DNA of 64,000 nucleotides from Octopus vulgaris (Eukaryota), in the NCBI GenBank assembly GCA_951406725.2, contig OX597818.1:130262001-130326000 (forward strand), read 5' to 3'. Made by a program: the position numbers and the translations under genes. Positions 25,001 through 38,734 of this stretch are shown here, piece by piece (position 1 is the stretch's first letter; each line of letters opens with the position of its first letter). A model generated the notes under the pieces. That model saw only the letters and a program-made list of their open reading frames with translations, had not been told where the DNA came from and did not search any database.

Positions 25001-25155
25001 TGCATAGTTCTCGTCTGGATTATTTTTTTTTCATTATATCTCAACACTGTAATTACTTTGACATTATTAATTAGTATTATCATCATTATTAAATCATTCC
25101 CATCGTTGTTGTTGTTATTATTAAAGATACCATTATTATCATTATTATAACTATT

Positions 25156-25362
25156 AAGGCGGTGATCTGGCAGAATCGTTAGCATGCCGGGCAAAATGCT
25201 TGGCGGCATTTCGTCCATCTTCATGTTCTGAGTTCAAATTCTGCTACAGTCAAATTTGCCTTTCATCCTTTTGGAGTCGATAAAATAAGTAACAGTTATG
25301 CACTGGGATCAATGTAATCAACTTACCTCCCCCAACCCCAAATTGCTGTCCTTGTGCCAAAA
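25156..25362 (+). mobile_element. SINE family B
   Basis: AAGGCGGTGATCTGGCAGAATCGTTAGC...GAGTTCAAATTC...GCCTTTCATCC; preceded by an ATT-rich tract. Confidence 0.9.
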
Positions 25363-25441
25363 TTAATCTTGGAGTGTCAGTAAAGTATAATGGATATTGC
25401 CTTCCCTCCAGACTAAAAGATAAAATATATAAATATATTAG

Positions 25442-25674
25442 AAGGCGGTGAGCTGGCAGAAACGGTAGCACGCCGGGCGAAATGCGTAGCCGTATTTCGT
25501 CTGCCGTTACGTTCTGGGTTCAAATTCCGCCGAGGTCGACTTTGCCTTTCATCCTTTCGGGGTCGATAAATTAAGTACCAGTTACGCACTGGGGCCGATG
25601 GAATCGACTTAATCGCTTTGTCTGTCCTTGTTTGTCCCCTCTGTGTTTAGCCCCTTGTGGGTAGTAAAGAAATA
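25442..25674 (+). mobile_element. SINE family B, young subfamily (B1)
   Basis: CpG-rich; ends GCCCCTTGTGGGTAGTAAAGAAATA; near-identical to 30139-30354. Confidence 0.93.
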
Positions 25675-26074
25675 TATATAAATAAATGAATAAAATGGTG
25701 ACAAAATCGTTCCAGCTATTATAATGCTTCAGTTGATTTTGTTTAACCCTAGATCAACCGTGATCAAAATCTTTCCAGCCATGACCATCTTGTATTTATA
25801 TCGAACTACATTATTTCATGCATCCTTTGCTTATTTAAAATGATAGAGTCTAGTTTGAGTGAGATTTAGTGGCTATTTCCAGTGGTCAAGTAGAAACAGA
25901 AGTTCCCTCCAGCCACTGATGATGCTTAGTTGTTAGCATTTGACTTAATATGAAAGACTAGCTTGTCATTTGTTTACCCCACAGAAGATACAATTTTATT
26001 CTCACTTTACTGTGAAACGTCGATTAAAAAAAAAAAAACAGTAGTAACTTGAGAATTTCAGAGACAAATATTCA

Positions 26075-26480
26075 GGAGTGGCTGTGTGGTAAGTAGCTTG
26101 CTTACAAACCACATGGTTCCGGGTTCAGTCCCACTGCGTGGCACCTTGGGCAAGTGTCTTCTACTATAGCCTTGGGCCGACCAAAGCCTTGTGAGTGGAT
26201 TTGGTAGACGGAAACTGAAAGAAGCCCGTCGTATATATGTACATATATATATGTGTGCGTGTGTTTGTGTGTCTGTGTTTGTCCCCCTAGCATTGCTTGA
26301 CAACCGACGCTGGTGTGTTTATGTCCCCGTTACTTAGCGGTTCAGCAAAAGAGACCGATAGAATAAGTACTGGGCTTACAAAAGAATAAGTCCCGGGGTC
26401 GATTTGCTCGACTAAAGGCGGTGCTCCAGCATGGCCACAGTCAAATGACTGAAACAAGTAAAAGAGTAAAAGAGTAAAAG
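26075..26480 (+). mobile_element. SINE family A with 35-bp flanking direct repeat
   Basis: AGTAGTAACTTGAGAATTTCAGAGACAAATATTCA at 26040-26074 and 26481-26515. Confidence 0.95.
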
Positions 26481-29400
26481 AGTAGTAACTTGAGAATTTC
26501 AGAGACAAATATTCATAATCAAAACATCGATCCTTTGTGATTTTGACACGTTGCAATTTAAATTAAAAACAGAGTGGTTCAACCTTTCAAAATCCATAAC
26601 TTTTAGATAGACACGAACCTTCTTTCCACTGTTTGCTATACCTAAAAAGTAAGGTAGATGAGAAAATCATTTCTGAGTATTTCAGATTGTTTATGTTAGC
26701 ACAAGTGGGGGCTTTCAAACATTTGAACATTTAAATGATTTAAAAAATATCCTAAAGAAGTTAGACTAAATATATAAGACACTGCCAATAAAGAACAAGA
26801 TGTGACCTCACATAAGTTCACTTCAGGCTTCTGATATTTTAGGGTAAAGATTCTCATTACATTTAAGATAGAAAATAATTCTAGATGTTGAGAAAAAAGT
26901 GTTGTTATTGTCAGGCCGTTCTAGTGTGCTGTGAATATTTATATACTATCTGTTGTCCCTAGACATTATCTTATAATGAACTAATAGAATAATATGCCTT
27001 GCTCGAAAGCAAGGAATACAATACAAGGGCAGCAACAGTGTTAGAAATCATGAGTTTACTATCACTAGTTAAGTGCTTTATCTCTATAATTAGAATAAGA
27101 AAAAAAAAAGCAAAAAAAAAACCAAAACAGATATACTATTGTCAAAATAAGATGCAGTTTTTTATTTTATCTAAATGAAACGTCACTGAAATATTCCAGA
27201 ATTATAAAATGACAAAAGTGCTTCAGATCAAATCAACATAATTTCAATGTTTGTTTATACTCATAATGTAATTCAAAAACCTACTAAAATATTATTTTTG
27301 TATCTAAAAATCACAAACATTATTAGCATAAACTTTAATCTTTAAGTAAGTTCGTATATTCTTTACAAAAGCACTGACAAGAAGTAGCTGAATATCAAAT
27401 ACAATTTCTTCAGCAAAGTTAATGAACTGTATCCTTTTATCTATTTATATTTGTTTGGCGAGACAAACCTGACTATAGTATAAAGCTGCTAAAAGATGAC
27501 TGGTAAAAAAATGTCAAATTTAAGGTTACAGAACTGAATTCTGTCAAATAAAATAAAATAAAATAAAATAGACAAATACGACTGTAACAATAACATCAAC
27601 AACAACATTAATAGTGACAACAACAATAATAATATTAATAAATTGAAAACATTTCTAAATTAACTTTATTTTAAAACAGCTTCTCTATTATATTTTGCAT
27701 GATGTGTATACATTGGAACACTATTGATGTAAGAAGCTTTACACTTTTGTTAATTTTAGTTCTATATTCAAGAACACTGTGCATTCTTAGGTTTGGTGTG
27801 AAGAAGATAAAAAAAAAGGATAAGTAGATAAAATAAATCAAATATAATAAAAGTTGTTCAAAATAAAATTGTATACAAAAATGGAACAGTGTAGGTTAGC
27901 GTCAATTTTTTACTGCAAAAATTTGCATTTTAGGATCAGTATCTGATAAAAATAATAAAATCTAGTTTCGTTTAAACAAAACAACAAAACAGCAACAACA
28001 AGGCGAAGTTAGAATGAAAGGTCTATCTGAGAAAGTTCTCAGAGTTAACGAAGAAAAATAAGCAAGCAGATGGCCAGGCTTCATGTTTCTGACTTAATGA
28101 GAATTGCCACAGAATATAGGAAGATAGTCCTATATTCCTGCATTTTACTTGCAACACCGAAAATAAAAGGTGAACTAATTATTAGAATACAAATGAGAAG
28201 GCAGAGAATGAGTACAGCAGAGAAGAGGGAATCACAGGCAGCCGGTGTATCTTACATGAAAGATCTTCAATCATTTGGTAGACAATTTTGACAGATGTTT
28301 CTCCTTATTGTAATATATGATTATTTATAAAATTTTAACAATAAACTGTGACTGATTTGATGCCACTGAAAATTGGACAACAAAATAGTCAAGTCTTAAT
28401 GATTTAAAGAAATGTTGCATTTATATATTAGATCAAGGAATATCATATTTTAACTATGCTATTTTCCCCCCACTTCCCACCCACCAAAAAATCCTAGTAT
28501 ATATCATTTTAATAATTTTATACCGCAAAAGATAGATTTGTGGCTGGCCAGCCAATATCCTTTATTTTGTCAATTTTGTTTTTATAAAAAAAGAAAATAC
28601 AGAAAATGAAGTGAAACATGCGCAGAGAAATCCATCAAAATGGATTTCTTTATGTATATGACCCAGGGAGTAATTTGTCAAAATGATTGAAAATTCTTGC
28701 CAAAGTTTATAAGGTAGCTTTAAAGATGTCAATGATGATTCTAAAATAAATGAACAAACAACTTAATTCTAAAAATAATTCTAAAGAACAGTCTATTTTT
28801 TCAGACATTGAAGACTTCAGAAACTGTCAGTCTATCACACTGCAAGTGCTAAATTTGCAGTAATGAGTGAGTGTAAGATTCTTTTAGCATATCAGCTACT
28901 CAAGATAAGTATAATTCTCTCATGAGCCATTGGTATTCAACTCAAAACTCATTAGGCTTCAGAGATGAAGTAAGAGAATTCAAGCTTACTGTTTAATTAC
29001 ATTATAGGTAAACAAAATGAAGAGAAATGAAAAGGTAAATCTATATTCAATGGAGTCAAGAAGACAACAGTTTGTATGGCTTCAACTCATCTGATCAATT
29101 TTCAGGTAACAATCTTAATTTATTTTTCCGCCTTTTTTTTTTTGATATTTTTTCATTAATAAATTTGCCATCATCATTTAATATTTGGCTTTCATGCTTG
29201 AAACATGGTTAGATAGCTTGTCAGGGACTGACAAGTTGCAGAACTGTGTCATACACCATTGTCTACTTTGACATGGTTTTTATGGCCTTCTTAATGCCAA
29301 CCACTTAACTGAATGTACTGGGTACAATTTGTTTTTGTAACAGCAGTACTAGTTATCATCACCTTGTTGTTTGAAACCTCAAGTAATATCATTCAATTCT

Positions 29401-29834
29401 TTTAAAGTGAATTACTGAGAGTATTTTGAAGAAAAAGTTGAGACCAAATAATAGAATTAATTATAGATATAAAATTATACTGCTGCAGTTTAATGATTTG
29501 CCATAGATTTACTTAACTCTTCATCATTTAAACCAGGCATATCCAGCCCATTATTCTACCTGTTTTATGTTAAAACTGACCAGATCTAGCCTCTTATACC
29601 AAGTCTACAGTATCATTCCAAATATAAACAATCACATCATCAAAATCTTGAAGCTATGAAATAATGCATAATTAATTCAAAACAATATGAATGAATAAGC
29701 ATTATGGAATAACACATCAACAATGATATAGTAAATATGAATTTGCTTATTATTACTTCATAAAAATCTAAACCTTTAGATTTAGCAAAAATTGTATGTC
29801 TCTGTTAAGTAGAATAATGAATTCTGACACAGGC

Positions 29835-30380
29835 CTGTGCCAGTGCAATGCAAAAAAGCATTCATGTCAGCATCATGTAATAAATACTTGTGCTGGTGCC
29901 ATGTAAAAAGCCCTCATGCTGGTTCCCCATAGAAGGTATTGAAAAAAGGCACTCATGCCAGTATCATGGGAAAAACATACTTGTGCCAGCATCACATAAA
30001 AGAGTACTCGTGTTGGCACCACATAAAGAGTACTCGTGTTGGCACAGCATAAAAAATCACTCATGCAAGAGTCGTGTAAAGGCGCCCATGCTAGTGCCAC
30101 AGGAAAAGCATCCAGTGCACTCTGTAAAGTGGTTGGCAGAAACGTTAGCACGCCGGGCGAAATGCTTAGCGGTATTTCGTCTGCCGTTACATTCTGAGTT
30201 CAAATTCCTTTGAGGTCGACTTTGCCTTTCATCCTTCCGGGGTCGATAAATTAAGTACCAGTTACGCACTGGGGTCGATGTAATCGACTTAATCCGCTTG
30301 TCTGTCCTTGTTTGTCCTCTCTGTGTTTAGCCTCTTGTGGGTAGTAAAGAAATAGGTTGGCATTAGGAAAAGCATTCAGC
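29835..30380 (+). mobile_element. Old family D-like element with ~10 x ~26-bp tandem units, interrupted by a B1 SINE
   Basis: Units resemble GCTGGTGCCACGTAAAAAGCACTCGT; continues CACTCTGTAAAGTGGTTGGCA...TTAGGAAAAGCATTCAGC. Confidence 0.8.
30139..30354 (+). mobile_element. SINE family B1, nested
   Basis: 8-bp TSD GGTTGGCA at 30131-30138 and 30355-30362. Confidence 0.92.
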
Positions 30381-30698
30381 CTCAATGGGATATGAACCCA
30401 AAATGTAAAAAGCTAGAAGCAAACTTATATAATTATGACTAATTCTTCAAGATAACTTCTATGCATCATCAAAATTAAAAATTTTAATTAAAACATTATT
30501 CTGAACACTAGTTAAGTAGTGAAATTTTCATCTTTACAAATCAAGTGATAGTAACAAGTTGTATACCATTATCTACACAATGCTGAATTAGAGTGTTCCA
30601 TTGAAGTGTAAATGAGTACCATAGAGAGGCACAGTTCTACACAGAAAAAGTTTTGCAAAATTGGCTTGTGGTTTCTTAGTTTTCAGTGTTGAGCGTGA

Positions 30699-30850
30699 AT
30701 AAGAAGAATGGAGTCACTATGGTGTCTGCTGTTTTTGTTTTTTAATCTTCATGGTATACTAGCATCATATAAAGTTTACAAGATGGTAGTATACTATGAT
30801 GGTTAAAAAACAAAAACAGAGTATACCATAGGGATTTCTGGTTTTCTTAT
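30699..30850. repeat. Imperfect ~150-bp palindrome (foldback)
   Basis: CTGTTTTTGTTTTTTAA / TTAAAAAACAAAAACAG and CTATGGT / ACCATAG pair symmetrically about 30774. Confidence 0.9.
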
Positions 30851-31717
30851 CCAATACAATGAAGACTTTAGTACTGTTGGGAAAAATAGTTGGCTATGGA
30901 ACATACTATTCTTTTAAAAGTTTTGTTCTTAATTTTGTAAGTCTGAAAATTTCTAAAAACTGAACAGTAAAATGGTCTTACTATTGGTTAATATGTGTGT
31001 GTGTGTTTGTTTTTTTTTTTTGTTTTTTTTTTGAGTGGGTGATTAGATATTTCTTGCTGAAACGTATTACAATGTAAAATGAAAGGAAGTGAACTATTTC
31101 ACTTTCCCGGGGTCTTAAATACAAGGCCATACCATTCTTTTAGGCACAATAATAACCATTATCATGGACATAAACTGCTATGCTAATACAAATTGAACAA
31201 ATTGAGAGTTGAAAATATTTAAGAACTTCAATATTGTTTTTTTTTATAGAAAAAAAAAATCAATATCATTCATATATTTTGTTTCTTATTCTTACATTTT
31301 TTTACAGGATGGAGTTCATCCATGGCATTTCAAAATTTTACTGATTTTTAACGGGATGCTACTTATCAAGCTAACATTTGCTGCACAATATGACTTAAGT
31401 GCTGCATTATTTATTATGCATGAACTGGAGAAAGAAAGGGAAGAATCTCAGCATTCTTATATAAAGAAAAGTATATGTTGGGGGAAGAAAAAAAAAATTA
31501 AGAAATAAACATAATTCTTCAAGAATTGATTGATTATTGATTTCTGGTTCCAATAAATTGTTGTGGGGAAAGAGATTCAAAAACTGAAGAAGTAAAGGAA
31601 GAAAGAAGAAGCAGTAAATAACTTGAATAGAAAGTTGTAAGCTTTAATTAGATAAACAAGCTATTTGTAATATCAAGTCAGTGTATTCTATAGTGTTGTG
31701 TATCAATATACTGGCAT

Positions 31718-32118
<401 letters not shown>

Positions 32119-32124
32119 GTAATA

Positions 32125-32406
32125 ATAATGGCCTCTTCTGTCATTAGACGACGTTTGTTCTTACCAAACAACCACAAAAAGGATTTGTTTATAGTGATCA
32201 GATGTTTGTGTAGACATAAGCTCACTCTTTCCATCAGATCGACACTACCTGTATAGGTGCAATGGGTACTACATGTCAGATATCAAAATGATTGCAGAGC
32301 AACGTGAAAATGAAGTGTTTTGCTCAAGAACACAACACCCAACCTGGTAATCAAACCCATGATCATGCAAACATGAAGGCAACACCTTAACGACCAACCC
32401 ATGCAT
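32125..32406 (-). mobile_element. Degenerate tRNA-derived CORE-type SINE with a further distinct tail
   Basis: Minus strand GCATGGGTTGGTCGTTAAGG...GGGTTTGATTACC...GTTGTGTTCTTGAGCAAAACAC, homologous to the head of 4794-5112. Confidence 0.7.
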
Positions 32407-32477
32407 TTTCACACACACACATACACACATATAACTTGTACCGTTGGTAACGTCCTGTACCCATATATACATGTATA

Positions 32478-32533
<56 letters not shown>

Positions 32534-32619
32534 CCTCATTATTTAACGTCCATCGTCCATACTGGCATGTGTTGAATGGTGTGTACACACACACACACAT
32601 ATACATACAAATTGGTGTT

Positions 32620-32880
32620 TGTGCAGGTGGCACGTAAAAAACACCATTTTCGAGTGTGGCCATTGCCAGTACTGCCAGACTGGCCCTCGTGCTGGTGGCA
32701 CTTTAAAAGCACCCACTACACTCTCAGAGTAGTTGGCATTAGGAAGGGCATCCAGCTGTAAAAACTCTGCCAGATCAGATTAGAGCCTGGTGCAGCCATC
32801 TGGTTCACCAGTCCTCAGTCAAATCGTCCAACCCATGCTAGCATGGAAAGCGGACGTTAAACGATGATGATAATGACGAT
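32620..32880 (+). mobile_element. Family D retroposon
   Basis: Two modules and (GAT)n tail. Confidence 0.88.
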
Positions 32881-33689
32881 ACATTTATATATATATACAT
32901 ATACACACACACATACACATATATATATATTTGGGGATTCATATTTATGCACACATACATATACATGTGTCATCATCATTTAATGTCCATCTTTCATGCT
33001 GGCATGGATTGGATGGTATGTGTGTGTACACAAGCATGCACACATATTTATATTTAAAATAGTTAAACTACAGTTATTAAAGCCTTTACTGTGAAATATC
33101 AAAAGATGCTTCAGGGTTTGTTAACATCTTATCAATAGAATAACTGATACTTAATTCCTTTATCCAGAAAGAGATCTTATAGCTTAACTACTTTCAATAT
33201 ACCTTAGGCACTGGCTTAAGATGAATTTTAGGTTTCCTCAACCTATTTTGTAAATAACAGTTTACTTTTTGAATACTAGTACTTTCTTTGAATATATGAA
33301 CAATTATACTCCTTTATTTTGGTTTCTACAATATCTCCCAACATGCTGAGACCCATGTTGATTGTGCCACCCTATTTTTAATCTCTCCTTTCTCTTAAAT
33401 TTAACGTCCACTTTTCCATTTTTGCATGAGGCAGATAAAATTTGTTGATGCAGATCTTCTATGGTTGGATACCCTGCCACCAACACTTACAGTAAAAATT
33501 ATAATTTAACAGATTATCATCATCATCATCATTTTTGTCCACTGTCCATGCTGGTATGGGTTGTACAGTTTGATCAGGACTGGCAGGCTGAGGGGCTACA
33601 TGAGACTGTAGTCTAATTTGGCATGGTTTTTATGACAGGATGCCAAAAAGCAGATCTTTTTGAATGAACATCTCTAGCAGATGAGTTGT

Positions 33690-33739
33690 CCAGTACTGAA
33701 GAAGGGCAGAAATAGCCTAAAACCAGGCTGGTATACTAG
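33690..33739 (+). ncRNA. Type I hammerhead ribozyme relic
   Basis: AGTA-CTGAAGA-AGGGC agaaata GCCT-AAAA(for GAAA)-CCA ggc TGG-TA-TACT: all three stems pair, one core base is mutated. Confidence 0.68.
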
Positions 33740-34046
33740 CCCCGTTGTTAGAAGGTGGTAGGAGTTTGCGCCCCTGCTTGCAATATATTGAATGCAGGTG
33801 TGCATCATTAACCAGCTAGAGGAGATGTCCTCTAAGGATTAAAAAATTGCAGTAATGTCCATTCGAATGGAACAACCATGTTGAAGTGGCTACAAACATT
33901 ACTTGCTAGAATTACATTATTAAATGAAAAATAATTTAAAATTCTAGTGTAATATAAAGTGGAAACAGATGTAAGATCAATGATTCAAAGTAAAACAGAA
34001 CTAGGGTAAGGAAGGAAACCTAAACTATATGTTATAAATCATAATA

Positions 34047-34284
34047 CACCTTCTGCTTGACTTATGACCTATGTGACTTACAACCATCTGTACTTACGAC
34101 AACAAAACATAAAGTATATATTATATATTTTTCACAATAATTATGGATTAAATTTTTGTGTTTTATAATTTTATAACCCTTTTAAATGAAAATAGTGTTG
34201 AAAAATATAAATAAGACATATGACCATCTCAACTTATAACCAGTCCGTCAGAACGGAACACAGACATAAGTTGAGGTGAAGGTG
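34047..34284. mobile_element. Tigger/pogo-like MITE
   Basis: TA-CACCTTCTGCTTGACTTATG ... CATAAGTTGAGGTGAAGGTG-TA; repeated ACTTA(C/T)(G/A)AC subterminal motifs. Confidence 0.78.
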
Positions 34285-35849
34285 TATATGCTACTATTTT
34301 AGATTTTAGATTATTTGCTCTAAGTAATTCTTGATACCATTAAGTGCTTAGCTGTTATGTTACTATCGATGCCAGATTAGAAGCTAAAATATTCCTTGTT
34401 TAAAATTCTAGTCACTTAAACTTTGGGAATTGTTCAATCAAGAGAAAAGTGATTCTGAAATTACTTAAAAGATGGCTAGTATAAGGACTAGAAGTTCATG
34501 TGACTTAATCTACACAATATTACTGGGATATGAATAAGAAAGGAGCCAACAAATGATAGCTGTAGACTGATCTATTTTTTCACTTGAGTGAATATGAGTA
34601 AGGAACAAGATGTCCTCACATTCACCAGCAAAGATTATCAAGAAGACAAAAGTATCTGTTCCTTCCCAGAAACACAGAAGTTGGAACGAGTCAGACGCAT
34701 GTAAAAGGACTATGAACTCATCAAAGTAATTGATGGGGATGCAAACTAATGCATGCATGAATCTATACAACTAAGTAAGTACTTAAAGCAGCAGTCCCTA
34801 CACCATTGTCAGTACTACTTCTACTGCCAGCAACAGCACAACCAGCATCATCATTAGGAAAAAGTGAAAATATCAGCTGATTAACAGTATCTTATAGGAT
34901 GGCATATTACGTAGTCATCTGTGAATGTGAACCTGTATGTATAAGAGTCTATCCATGAGTGTACTGGGAGTTTAAATGCTTACAAGGAGAAGAGAAGAGA
35001 AATTAGTTGTTACAGCATGCAATGCCTTTGATAGTGATAAAAACACCATCACCACTTTCACTGACTGCCATCACCTCCAACACCAACATCACAAACAACA
35101 ATGCATTGATGCTTTAGCTTTGTAGTCCCATATATTCATTGATATGTAATCATTATGTGCAAATTCTTTGTTATACGAAGACAGATAATCTTATTGGCGG
35201 GGGCGCTGATGGTGATGTGATAGTGGTATGGTAAGAAAAGAGGACTACTAACTACAAAGATGCCAACAAAAATCATGCAATGACTAATGAAAATAAATCT
35301 TGATAAGAGCTGCAATTTCCATTTCCTCTAATCCTTAAACATTACTCCCTTTTTCTTTCAATACAATGAACAACTAATTGCTAATGACGAGCAAACATTG
35401 CACCAGCTTCTTTTAGATTTCCTTTTACTGACACAGGCAAGAAGATTCTTAGCAAAGAAGACACAATTTCCATTTTATTGCTAGTGAAAGTTGGCTTTGG
35501 AGTATGTATGTGTATGTGTGTTGGGTGGATGGAAAGAAGGCGCAGAGTCTATCATAACTAATTTCCAATTACCATTTGATAAATAGATTAGAAATGGTTT
35601 AATATAGCCACTTGTCCCTGCTGATATCCCAAGTGCTTCACAGCAAACTATAATCTGCATACTTATCATACAATCTCACAACAATAGCCAGTTTTTCTTA
35701 TTTATTACTACTGGGGTATCCCTGTCATCAAAACTGACAGCTATATCAATCCTAATATTCTTTGTAGTTATAAAATGTTTGACTTTTCTTTGATTTCAGT
35801 TATTTATTTAAAGCTTAATTTTCAGCAAGATTTCAACTATTATTTTTAC

Positions 35850-36262
35850 CTCTTCTCTTTTACACTTTTTAATCATTAGACTGCAGCCATGTTACAGCTA
35901 CGGCATCACCTTGGGGAGTTTTTTTGCTTTTTTTATTTTTTGTTTGAAGTCAAATGAATCGACCCCATTTTGTATTTTAAAAAAAAATTTGATACTTATT
36001 CTATAGACCTCTTTGGTGAATCACTAGGTACAAGGACAAAAACACACCAACACTGGTTTTCAAGTGGTGGAGGGGAACAAACACAAACACACACACACAC
36101 GACAGGCTTCTTTCAGTTTCTGTCTACCAAATCCACTCACAAAGCCTTGGTTGGCCTGAGGCTTTAGTAGGAGAGACTTGCCAACACTGTCAGGCAGTGG
36201 GACTGAACCCAAAACCATATGGTTGGTAAGCAAGCTTCTTAGCACACAACCATGCCTGCACC
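35850..36262 (-). mobile_element. SINE family A, diverged
   Basis: GGCTTCTTTCAGTTTCTGTCTACCAAATCCACTCACAAAGCC...CACAACCATGCCTGCACC. Confidence 0.82.
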
Positions 36263-36545
36263 TATTTGCTTATTTTCCTTGGCACTTGTTTTTTAAAAAT
36301 ATTATTTCAAGAATTAACTTATATAAAAATAATATAATCCCTTAATTGAAAATAAATCTGCAGGTATTGCTGTAAGGTTAAGAAACTCACTTTGTAACTA
36401 AATGGTTTCAGGTTCAGTCCCACTGAGTGGTACCTTGAGCAAGTGTCTTCTACCATAGTCCTAAGTCCACCAAAGCCTTGTGAGTAAATTTGCTAGGCAG
36501 AAAATGTGTGGAATTCTATCATATATTATTATTATTATCATTATT

Positions 36546-37232
36546 AAGGCAATGAGCTGGCAGAATCATTAGCATGCCATCCAAAACGCTTAGTGGCATT
36601 TTGTCTACCTTTACATTCTGAGTTCAAATTCTGCTGAGATCAACTTTGCCTTTCATCCTTTTGGGGGTTGATAAATTAAGTACCAGTAGAGTACTGGGGT
36701 CAATGTAATTGACTTGTCCTCTCCCAACAAAATTCAGGCCATATGCCTATAGCAGAAAGGATTATTATTATTATTATTACTATTATTATAATTATTATTA
36801 CTATTACTATTATTATTATTACTATTATTATTATTATTATTATTACTATTATTATTATTATTATTATTACTATTATTATTATTATTATTACTATTATTAC
36901 TATTATTATTATTTCTATTATTACTATTATTATTATAACTATTATTATTACTATTATTACTATTATTATTACTATTATTATTATTATTACTATTATTATT
37001 TCTATTATTACTATTATTATTATTATTATTATTATTAATATTATTATTATTATTATTACTATTATTCTATTATTATTACCATTATTACTATTATTATTAC
37101 TATTATTACTATTATTATTATTATTACTATTATTATTACTATTATTTCTATTATTATTACTATTATTATTACTATTATTACTATTATTATTATTATTACT
37201 ATTATTATTATTACTATTATTATTATTATTAC

Positions 37233-37271
<39 letters not shown>

Positions 37272-37285
37272 TATTATTATTATTA
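36546..37285 (+). mobile_element. SINE family B with ~525-bp (ATT/ACT)n tail
   Basis: Body 36546-36760 ends GCAGAAAGG and runs directly into the microsatellite. Confidence 0.92.
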
Positions 37286-38029
37286 GGAAGGGGACAGCAG
37301 GAATAGTAGAGACCTAGAAAAAACAATCTAAACATTTAGTTATATTTTTATTCATTTAATTTGGTTTTGTGTTCAAATTCGTGGGGAATTACAATATTCT
37401 TCTAGATTCAATGCAGTAAAAGTCAATTTTGAACTGGTTTAAACAAATGTAGTGTCTCCAAAATTTGTGGTCTTGCATGAAAGAAATCCTTATTCCACCC
37501 TAGCCAAAAAAATTAACATATATATTTTAAAAGATAAAAGTTATTTTCATGGCTGTTACATTAAAGGAAATTTAAGAATGATGATGGAACATTTACTGAT
37601 GAGAGTAATCAATGCAGAAAAATAAAATTTGTTATGAAGTTAGTTTTGACTGCGACTTGAAGTTTCACATTGTGGCCTATTAAATGGATGGATAGACTAA
37701 GCTTCTATCAGGCAAAACTTGAAGTCCCTGTCAAACCTATTTTGCATTATATGTATAAATCTATCTATTTATATATCTCTCTCTTTCTCGCTATACACAC
37801 ACACACACACATATATATAGCTGCTTATATAAAAATGTTAATTTCTTTGCTGAATGTGTTTATGTGGATTTGTGTTTAAGTTATACTATATACACTTACA
37901 CGTGCATATACAATTATTTTGAAAGAGATTCATTGAAGAAGTTTAAAATTTGACATATGAATGCCAAAAAGCAAACAAACACACAACCTGAATTTTACCA
38001 AAATACACCCACCCACCCACACACCCACC

Positions 38030-38083
<54 letters not shown>

Positions 38084-38734
38084 TACACATATATCAGTGG
38101 CATAATGACTCGTTCTTTGGAAAATGTAGAAATGAATAATGATTTTTGCATACAAGACAAATATTTAAAAGCTGATTCCCACCCAATAAACATTTTTAAG
38201 GATGCAGAGGTAAAAAAAAAACAAAAAAAAACTGATACACAAAAGAAAATTCAGATGTTTGAGGCGACACCAAGTCTTTTAAGAATGTTTTGACCTATTA
38301 TTGTAATTTTTTTTTTTTAACTGTAAATTGACTTTTTTTTAAACTCCTCAAATATATTTCTGGAAACATAACTAAAATAACAAGAGAAAAATTACAATTT
38401 TTGTTGGAACAATTTGATATATTTCCTTTTGTCACAGACAAATAAGCTCTGGTCTCATCAATAAAACTTAAATGATTTCTTTTGTTTGTTTTCTTCCACT
38501 GTTACTGAGTGTAGTTTCAGTAGCATACGGGGGACAGAGTCCATCACTATCAACTCATAAGCAAATTTTAATATACTTCATTAAACATAAACACAAGCAC
38601 GGCTGTGTGCTTAAAAAGCAACCACATGACTTGTTGCTTCAGTCCCACGGCATGGAATCTTGGGCAAGTATCTTCTACTATAGCTCTGAATCTGGTGAGC
38701 AGAAACTGTATAAAATCCTATCATATATGTATAT

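Noticed and set aside
25915-25970. CTGATGA followed by a hairpin as a hammerhead (also 4025, 10507, 23576, 24563 and 37597)
   Set aside because: No GAAA directly after stem II and no compatible stems I and III.
36700-37335. Poly-N/I/Y/L ORFs (also near 14558 and 50647)
   Set aside because: Translations of (ATT)n tracts.
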